Assembly (NCBI GenBank): GCA_016783885.1
Contig: JADHVR010000002.1
Location: forward strand, 3,628 to 67,627
From: Bacteroidales bacterium
Lineage (GTDB): Bacteria; Bacteroidota; Bacteroidia; Bacteroidales; JAADJA01
DNA length: 64,000 nt
Reading direction: 5' to 3'
In this document: one piece after another, positions 16,824 through 23,315 of the stretch
How the letters are laid out: every line of letters begins with the position of its first letter
How positions within the stretch are numbered: position 1 is the first letter of the stretch
The notes under the pieces: generated by a model
Told to the model about the DNA's origin: nothing
Seen by the model: the letters and a program-made list of their open reading frames with translations, nothing else
Databases searched by the model: none
Translations under genes and position numbers: made by a program

Positions 16824-18644
16824 ATGAAAACATTATCAGTTTTAATAGCTGTTTTAAGCTGCTCAATTCTTTTGAATGCACAACCACCACAAGCCTTCAA
16901 ATACCAGGCTGTAGTCAGGGATGTTGCAGGAGAAGTCATTTCAAATCAATCTGTGGATATAAGAATCAGTATTCACAATGAAACACCTGGAGGCACAATC
17001 ATCTACCAGGAAACTTTTTCAGGTACAACCAACCAATTTGGCCTCATTTCTTTAAACATTGGTTTAGGAACACCGGTAATAGGCACATTTGGTAGTATTA
17101 ACTGGAGTGCTGATTCAAAATTCATAAAAGTAGAAATTTATAATTCTGCAGGAGGCGGCTATGTTGCATTAGGAACGTCTGAATTATTTTCTGTTCCCTA
17201 TGCATTGTATTCCGACCGGTCGGCTGATGGATTTTGGGAATTGAACAACTCCGATATTTACTACAATTCCGGTAGTGTTGCAATTGGTTCAACCTATCCC
17301 ATTGCAAAGTTACATGTTGATGGAGGGTCAGGAGCAGGAATTTATGGTTTTAGTTCCAATAGTTATGGAATTGTTGGTAAAAGTTGGGCAGACAATTACC
17401 CTGGTGTTCAGGGAGAAGCACTGTCCGCAAACAGTTATGGAATATATAGTCAAAATCAATATGGTGGCACAGCTTTTCGTTCATGGAGTGATGGTGGGTT
17501 GGCCGGCCATTTTGAAGGTGATGTTTATATGGAAGATAATTTAGGTGTTGGGACATCTAGCCCAAGCTATCCGTTACATGTTAAAAGCAGCCATGATGAC
17601 TGGTTGGTAGGAATCCATAACCAGAGTTGGTCGTATAGTGCCAATGGACTTGTAACTCGTTCCGAAGGTGGAGATCCATTTCTTGCCCAAAGCTCCTATG
17701 GAGATCTTCTTATTGTAAAGAATAATGGTAGGGTAGGCATTGGAACCTCTACTCCGGATGCCGTGCTGCATGTTGATGATCATATTCGAGTAGGAGAAGA
17801 TCCTTCCTATTCTACAGTGTATGGTGAACTTTTTCACTACGGTGGAGGAACAGGATTTAAAATTAACGCACACGCAGGAGGAGGAAGTTGGGCTGATATG
17901 CATTTGCAGACGAATGGATCCACGAAAGTGTTTATTGAGAGCAATGGACAGGTTGGGATTGGAACGGATAGCCCTTATAATCGCCTGCAAGTTGTGGCTT
18001 CCGGATCTGAAAACGGATTCCAGAGTTATAGCCCGAGTGGAACTGCTGTTTATGGATTATCTGGTTCCAGTTATGGAGTATTTGGCCAAAGTACAAGCTA
18101 TTATGCAGGTTATTTTTCAGGACCTGTACATGTAACCGGCAACCTTTCAAAAGGAAGCGGCTCGTTTGTTATTGACCATCCGCTTGATCCTGAAAATAAG
18201 CTGCTCCGCCATAATTTTGTGGAATCTCCGGAGAACCTGTTGATTTATCGGGGAAAAGCTGAACTAGATGAAAAAGGGGAAGCTATGGTAGAGTTATCTG
18301 ATTACTTTAAAGCCCTTACCAAAGAAGATGAAGCCTCTATTCATCTCACTCCTGTTGGCAGACCATTTTTAACCGGGGCTGAATGGAACAGCGATTTTTC
18401 AGCAATTATCATTTATGGAGAAACAAACCGGGCAGTTTTCTGGGAAGTTTTGGCGGATCGTGATGATCCGGTAATTCACGAACTTGGCCGTCCTGTTGAA
18501 GAAGAAAAGGGAGGAAAAAATACACTTTGCGAAAAGGGTAAATTGCTTTATCCCGAAGCTTATGGTTATCCTGAATCAGCAGGAAGAGATTATGACGAAA
18601 TGATAAAAATGAAAGAGCAAATAAACAGAAATACAACTAAGTAA
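16824..18644 (+). CDS. Fibre-like secreted protein, paralog P6 (more diverged N-module; tip class IV, FVIDHPLDPENK...VESPE domain)
   Basis: 606 aa. N-module nt 16824-17222 (QPPQAFKYQAVVRDVAGEVISNQ). Shares RVGEDPSYSTVYGELFHYGGGTGFKINAHAGGGSWADMHLQTNGSTKVFIESNGQVGIGT with P1. C-terminus GSFVIDHPLDPENKLLRHNFVESPENLLIYRGKAELDEKGEAMVELSDYFKAL. Confidence 0.85.
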   Translation: MKTLSVLIAVLSCSILLNAQPPQAFKYQAVVRDVAGEVISNQSVDIRISIHNETPGGTIIYQETFSGTTNQFGLISLNIGLGTPVIGTFGSINWSADSKFIKVEIYNSAGGGYVALGTSELFSVPYALYSDRSADGFWELNNSDIYYNSGSVAIGSTYPIAKLHVDGGSGAGIYGFSSNSYGIVGKSWADNYPGVQGEALSANSYGIYSQNQYGGTAFRSWSDGGLAGHFEGDVYMEDNLGVGTSSPSYPLHVKSSHDDWLVGIHNQSWSYSANGLVTRSEGGDPFLAQSSYGDLLIVKNNGRVGIGTSTPDAVLHVDDHIRVGEDPSYSTVYGELFHYGGGTGFKINAHAGGGSWADMHLQTNGSTKVFIESNGQVGIGTDSPYNRLQVVASGSENGFQSYSPSGTAVYGLSGSSYGVFGQSTSYYAGYFSGPVHVTGNLSKGSGSFVIDHPLDPENKLLRHNFVESPENLLIYRGKAELDEKGEAMVELSDYFKALTKEDEASIHLTPVGRPFLTGAEWNSDFSAIIIYGETNRAVFWEVLADRDDPVIHELGRPVEEEKGGKNTLCEKGKLLYPEAYGYPESAGRDYDEMIKMKEQINRNTTK

Positions 18645-18747
18645 TATTATATATGTATGTCTCAAAAAATTTATTTGACTTTTTAAATATAAATGCTTAT
18701 TTTTACATCTTGAAATTTTTGACTTAAACATATAAAACTATAAAAAA

Positions 18748-19644
18748 ATGAAAAAAATCAGCACACTTTTAGTAGGATTGGCTATTTCCTTAACCATAAC
18801 AGCCCAATCAGTTTCTCCGGAAGTAGTGGCTTCGGCAGGAGATTATTTTGAAGGAACAAATGCAAGCCTCAGTTGGACACTGGGAGAAATTGCAACAGAA
18901 ACCTATTCAAACGGGAACATTATTTTAACACAAGGTTTTCAACAACCGGTATCTGTAACGATTCACGGTGTTGATCTTGACCTGCTCGTTTTTCTCGAAG
19001 GCCCCTATTCAGGCTCTCAAATGACTACAGGACTTAATGCCGGAAATCAGATTCCATTATCTCAACCTTATAACGCACCTCCGTGGAATTACACAGGAAC
19101 AGAAAGCGTAGGATCTATTCCAAACACTGATGTAGTTGACTGGGTTTTAATAGAACTTCGCGATGCTGCAAATCCTGGTGCTGCTGATCCTTCCACTACA
19201 ATTGCAACACAAGCGGCTTTTATATTAGATAACGGTTCTGTTGTGGGGCTCAATGGTTCATCGGTTCTGCAATTCCCAGCAGCTTCTTTTTCACAAAACC
19301 TTTATGCTATTGTTTGGCACAGGAATCATTTGGGAATTTTATCGGCAAATGGTATTACCGAATCAGGTGGAGTTTACGATTATAATTTTTCTACGGCAAT
19401 TACCCAGGTTTACAATGGCGGTGCGGGATATAAAGAAATTGCAACAAATGTTTACGGCATGGTGGGAGGAGATTCAAATGCTGACGGACATATTAACGCT
19501 GCCGATAAAATACTGTGGACTAACGATGCCGGAACGAAAGGCTATAAAGCCACCGACAACAATATGGATGTGCAGGTAAGCAACCAGGATAAGAACGATA
19601 CATGGGCTGAAAACGGTACATACTCAAGTCAGGTACCGGAGTAG
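18748..19644 (+). CDS. Small secreted protein: short N-terminal segment plus the shared ~230-aa C-terminal module
   Basis: 298 aa. Signal peptide ...TITA|QSV. LSWTLGEIATE...ILTQGFQQP segment. Module from [64 protein letters not shown] ... VWHRNHLGI ... GDSNADGHINAADKILW ... SNQDKNDTW ... SQVPE-TAG (nt ~18970-19641). Confidence 0.85.
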   Translation: MKKISTLLVGLAISLTITAQSVSPEVVASAGDYFEGTNASLSWTLGEIATETYSNGNIILTQGFQQPVSVTIHGVDLDLLVFLEGPYSGSQMTTGLNAGNQIPLSQPYNAPPWNYTGTESVGSIPNTDVVDWVLIELRDAANPGAADPSTTIATQAAFILDNGSVVGLNGSSVLQFPAASFSQNLYAIVWHRNHLGILSANGITESGGVYDYNFSTAITQVYNGGAGYKEIATNVYGMVGGDSNADGHINAADKILWTNDAGTKGYKATDNNMDVQVSNQDKNDTWAENGTYSSQVPE

Positions 19645-19649
19645 GATTA

Positions 19650-19687
19650 TTCGTCTGACCACTGCCGGTGCGAAGTGGTCTGACGAA
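19650..19687 (+). repeat. Intergenic repeat module X (perfect 14-bp-stem hairpin TTCGTCTGACCACT-n10-AGTGGTCTGACGAA), copy B
   Basis: Starts 6 nt after the TAG stop. The preceding GGATTA is also conserved. Related copies at 29391-29440 (-) and a partial copy at 33119-33152 (-). A lone 3' arm recurs at 19822-19836. Confidence 0.85.
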
Positions 19688-19701
19688 CACCAGAAAACTC
19701 T

Positions 19702-19729
19702 TCTTCGCAAATACCAAAACTTCGGTATC
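19702..19729 (+). repeat. Intergenic repeat module W (TCTTCGCAAATACCAAAACTTCGGTATC), copy B
   Basis: Matches the reverse complement of 32959-32986 (TCTTCGCAAATACTGAAACTTCGGTATC) with 2 mismatches. Contains a small ATACC...GGTAT hairpin. Confidence 0.75.
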
Positions 19730-19736
19730 TAAGTTT

Positions 19737-19764
19737 ACCCCGTTCGATTGAGCGGGGTTTTTTA
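19737..19764 (+). terminator. Rho-independent terminator ending the fibre / C-terminal-module gene block
   Basis: ACCCCG-ttcgattgag-CGGGGT stem-loop followed by a T-run (gcggggtttttt). Confidence 0.7.
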
Positions 19765-19837
19765 GCAGACCTGATTCCGCTTAATCGTCTAACAACTGAT
19801 CTTAGCGAATGCTTTACGCACAGTGGTCTGACGAATA

Positions 19838-19919
19838 CCAAAGACCTTCCAGAGTTTAAGGCAAGGGAATTTCAGGGCGGAATCCCGAAAGTTTTCGGGA
19901 TGGAAGAGTCTGATGGGGA
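19838..19919 (+). repeat. Intergenic repeat module Y, copy B (carries an extra internal hairpin ATCCCGAAA-gt-TTTCGGGAT)
   Basis: CCAAAGACCTTCCAGAGTTTAAGGCAAGGGAATTTCAGGGCGGAATCCCGAAAGTTTTCGGGATGGAAGAGTCTGATGGGGA. Lies 77 nt upstream of the TPR kinase start at 19996, the same spacing as copy A to the kinase at 593. Confidence 0.8.
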
Positions 19920-19995
19920 TAGGGTTTTAGATTTTAGATTAATTCTCCCTTTAGCTTTACCTAAAATACTTATTTTTGTATTAAAGTATATTCCT

Positions 19996-22122
19996 ATGCA
20001 ATTCCTTTTGAAATACATCACAAAACCATTACTGTTTTTGATAATTATCTTTTTTTTACTTTTAAAAAATTCTTTCGGGCAATCATTACACAAAACCGAC
20101 AGTTTACTGACCGAATTGAACAAAACTGTTCATGATACAACTAAAATCAAAATCCTGTTTGAATTAGGCAATCAGTTTTTAAGCGGGCCCTCCGATTCGC
20201 TTCTGTTATATTACCGAACTGCCTTAAAAATTGCAGAAAAAAATATCTCAAGCATAAAGCATAAACAAGAAAGGAAAAACATTAAAACAGTTGAAACCTA
20301 TAAAAGACAAACTGCACGGGCGATAATAGAAATAGGAATTGAGTACTTTTTTCGTAGCGATTATTCTAAAGCGTTGAATTATTTTTTTAAAGCCCTTGCT
20401 ATCTGTGAAGAATTAAATGACATATCATTAATATCCGAATGTTACAGCGAAATAGGTATTGTTTACAAAAACCAGGGGAAATATGATCTGGCGCTTGAAT
20501 ATAATGAAAAAGCGTTATCCGGTGCAAAGCAGACAGGAGACATTTCCTGGGTTGCTGTTTGCTATGCTAATAATGGTACAATATACCTGAAAAAGGGGTA
20601 CTTTACCTTAGCTTTGGAATATTATTTAAAAGCCCTTAAAACCTTTGAAGAATTAGGGCATGAACGGAGAATATGTGTCTGTTATCTAAATATTGGTAAA
20701 ATATACAGTGAACAACACGATTTTAATAAAGCGCTTGAATATTACAATAAAGCTCTTCAAATCGCTTATAAAACAAAAGATAAAGTAAGTGAAACGGAGA
20801 GTTATCTGAACATCGGTAAAGTATATTCAGGTATGAAAGAGTATTCATTGGCAAGAAGTTACTTTAATCAATCAATCAATTTATATGAAGAGTCAGGCTA
20901 CCGCCACGAAATGGATGAATGTTATAAAAACATCGGCTTGACATACAAAATGGAAAAGGACTATGACAAAGCGACAGAGTATTATTATAAAGCCCTGCAA
21001 ATATCACGTCAGGAAGTTGACAAACCGGGCATGGCTGAATCACTTGGTTATATTGCTGATGTGTTTTTCCTTAAACATAATTACCCAAAGGCGCTGGAGA
21101 TGGCAAAGCAAAGTCTTGAAATTGCAAAAGAAACGGAGAACTTACAGGCACTTAAGAATGCTTATGAATTTTTATCGGAAATTTACGAAGGGCAGAATAA
21201 TACCGGAAAAGCCTTGCATTATTACAAACTTTATTCGGATATTAAAGATAGCCTTTTCAGCGAAGGAAAATATAAAGCAATCAGGGAGATTGAAACAAAA
21301 TTTGAAACTGAAAAGAAAGAACAGCAACTTGCCTTGCTGACTGAAAAAAACGAGGTACAGATGCTGAAGATCAGCCGGAGAAACCAACTCATTCTTGCCT
21401 TAGTTATATTTTTTACGCTGATAGTGCTGATGGTTTATTTGTTTTATCGTAATAAAAGGCTACAAGCAAAACACAAAACCATACAATTAGAGCAGCAGCT
21501 ACTCCGGTCGCAGATGAATCCGCACTTTATCTTCAATTCACTTATTGCCATTCAAAGTTATATTTATAAAAAAGACCTTATAGAGGCAGGGGATTACCTT
21601 GCTAAATTCGCCAATCTTGTAAGATTAATCCTGGAAAATTCAAGATCTGAATTTATTCTTTTTGAGAAAGAGGTCAATACCCTTGAGCTTTATTTTGAGT
21701 TACAGTTGCTGCGATTCGAAAATAAATTCACTTATACGATTGAAATAGATAAAAATCTTGAAACAGGAAATATCAGCATTCCTCCAATGCTTTCACAACC
21801 TATTATCGAGAATGCTATTGAACATGGATTAAGGCATAAAAAACAAGGAGGGTTTATTCATATCAGATTCGACAAAAAGGATGATTCAATTTTATTTAAA
21901 GTTGAAGATAACGGTGTAGGCAGGCTCAAAGCATCGGAATTTAAAAAACTAAAAAATAATAAATCCATTGCAATATCAATTATAAAAGAGAGGTTGGCGA
22001 TTTTAAGTAAAAAATTCAAGAAAAAGTTTAATATGGAGATTGCTGATCTTAAAGATAATACGGGAACACCCAGCGGCACAAAGGTTACTTTTAGTATGCC
22101 ATATATACTAAAAAAGGGATAA
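19996..22122 (+). CDS. TPR-array sensor histidine kinase, LytS/YehU-type (His_kinase + GHKL ATPase), no adjacent response regulator
   Basis: The track ORF starts at 19900 inside repeat Y. ATG at 19996 (MQFLLKYITKPLLFLIIIFF) gives a normal signal/TM N-terminus. About 8 TPR-like repeats, a coiled coil and a TM segment (LILALVIFFTLIVLMVYLFY). LRSQMNPHFIFNSLIAIQSYI (LytS-type H-box region). IPPMLSQPIIENAIEHG and EDNGVG ATPase motifs. Confidence 0.85.
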   Translation: MQFLLKYITKPLLFLIIIFFLLLKNSFGQSLHKTDSLLTELNKTVHDTTKIKILFELGNQFLSGPSDSLLLYYRTALKIAEKNISSIKHKQERKNIKTVETYKRQTARAIIEIGIEYFFRSDYSKALNYFFKALAICEELNDISLISECYSEIGIVYKNQGKYDLALEYNEKALSGAKQTGDISWVAVCYANNGTIYLKKGYFTLALEYYLKALKTFEELGHERRICVCYLNIGKIYSEQHDFNKALEYYNKALQIAYKTKDKVSETESYLNIGKVYSGMKEYSLARSYFNQSINLYEESGYRHEMDECYKNIGLTYKMEKDYDKATEYYYKALQISRQEVDKPGMAESLGYIADVFFLKHNYPKALEMAKQSLEIAKETENLQALKNAYEFLSEIYEGQNNTGKALHYYKLYSDIKDSLFSEGKYKAIREIETKFETEKKEQQLALLTEKNEVQMLKISRRNQLILALVIFFTLIVLMVYLFYRNKRLQAKHKTIQLEQQLLRSQMNPHFIFNSLIAIQSYIYKKDLIEAGDYLAKFANLVRLILENSRSEFILFEKEVNTLELYFELQLLRFENKFTYTIEIDKNLETGNISIPPMLSQPIIENAIEHGLRHKKQGGFIHIRFDKKDDSILFKVEDNGVGRLKASEFKKLKNNKSIAISIIKERLAILSKKFKKKFNMEIADLKDNTGTPSGTKVTFSMPYILKKG

Positions 22123-22172
22123 ATCCATACGGACAAGTTTGTGACATTTTATAAATAGATATAAACCATTTA

Positions 22173-22244
22173 CGGTCGTCAGTCGTCAGTCAGCAATCGG
22201 CAATAGGCAGTCGGTTGGCGACTGAAGACTGTAGACTGAAGACT
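22173..22244. repeat. Low-complexity heptamer-like repeat block (same family as 3605-3716)
   Basis: cggtcgtcagtcgtcagtcagcaatcggcaataggcagtcggttggcgactgaagactgtagactgaagact, lying between convergent gene ends. Confidence 0.7.
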
Positions 22245-23119
22245 TACAATACAGTAACAATTGTTTTCAATTCTTCTACCTTTTCAATGTATCCCAACTT
22301 CTTGTAAGAATAAATAATGTTATCAAAAAGCCTTTTGATTATAACAATATTATCACATGTCTTGAAATATAACGGACTTGGTTTTAATTTTAAATGTTTA
22401 ACAAATAATTCAATTTCACGCTGAGTAAAAACCGCTCCTTTGTTAAAGGGATTAATATAAAACAAAACCTCGTTTTCGTTAACTGAAGAAATTTTTTCTT
22501 CATGAATTTCATCAACATAAGCTAAAATAAAATGCTGTGGCAGATTAACTCCAAATATCGGTATGTTAAGGCTTTGTGCAAGAATGATATATAATATTCC
22601 TATCGAAAGGTGATTGCCTTTTTTTGTCTCCAGCAGATTATTGATGAAAAGATTTTGCGGAGCATCAATATTTGATTTATTCCCGCTAAAACGATGAATG
22701 TCGAATAAAATATGATTGATCACTTTTACTTTTTCAAGTGCCGTAAGGTTGTTATTCAGCTCGAGCCAAATATCACGTTTAATTTTTTCGATTTTCTCTT
22801 TTATTTCATCTTCATTAAGCTCGGGATATTGGTATTTTGTAGCAAAAAAGAAACCTTTAAATAAGTTATAATAATTTTTCTCTTTCCAGCTTTTAAGATA
22901 TTCTTTTAGGTTGCTCAACTGGATATTGTGTATGATCTTTTCAATTCTTTCCTGAATGATGTTATCAAACGAATTATTCCAGGCATCTTCTAAATATGGA
23001 ATAGCCTCTATCCCGTAAAACAAAATCTTCTTCCTGATCTGATCAAACATTTGGTTGCTTGGCTCATCCAGTAAGCTGATAAGGGCATTCAGCTCGTTAT
23101 ATTTTTCCTTTACGATCAA
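22244..23119 (-). CDS. Transglutaminase-like / SirB1-N family protein (uncharacterised)
   Basis: 291 aa. Segment GNHLSIGILYIILAQSLNIPIFGVNLPQHFILAY is typical of the transglutaminase-like UPF0162 family. No signal peptide. Confidence 0.55.
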   Translation of the reverse strand: MIVKEKYNELNALISLLDEPSNQMFDQIRKKILFYGIEAIPYLEDAWNNSFDNIIQERIEKIIHNIQLSNLKEYLKSWKEKNYYNLFKGFFFATKYQYPELNEDEIKEKIEKIKRDIWLELNNNLTALEKVKVINHILFDIHRFSGNKSNIDAPQNLFINNLLETKKGNHLSIGILYIILAQSLNIPIFGVNLPQHFILAYVDEIHEEKISSVNENEVLFYINPFNKGAVFTQREIELFVKHLKLKPSPLYFKTCDNIVIIKRLFDNIIYSYKKLGYIEKVEELKTIVTVL

Positions 23120-23315
23120 TTTTCAGAATAATAGTAAAAAATATGCGGCGTAAAAATACAAAATTATTAGGAAATCCGATAATAGAAGATTTTTATTGTA
23201 AACTGAACGAAAACGGCAATGCAAATTCTTTTATTTGTAGTTTATTTAAAACCACACAGTTAAATTATTTGAAAATTACAAAGTTTATGCCTGCCCGTTT
23301 GTTCAGGCGGGCGTT

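Noticed and set aside
3862-18644. Prophage or contractile-injection-system tail-fibre region
   Set aside because: No capsid, terminase, portal, sheath, tube, baseplate, lysis or integrase genes lie within 64 kb. All six genes have Sec-type signal peptides, which phage fibres lack.
3862-18644. Diversity-generating retroelement acting on the variable fibre tips
   Set aside because: No reverse transcriptase ORF is present, and I found no template/variable repeat pair with adenine-specific differences. Variation is modular (whole-domain swaps), not point-mutational.
19737-19764. TTCGATT loop flanked by a CCCCG/CGGGG stem resembling a tRNA T-arm, suggesting a tRNA or tRNA fragment
   Set aside because: No acceptor, D or anticodon arms can be drawn in the surrounding sequence. 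The stem plus T-run is fully explained as an intrinsic terminator.
19900-19995. Upstream extension of the TPR LytS-type kinase ORF (track start at 19900)
   Set aside because: The extension is a read-through of repeat module Y and AT-rich spacer. The internal ATG at 19996 gives a normal hydrophobic N-terminus comparable to the paralogous kinase at 593.
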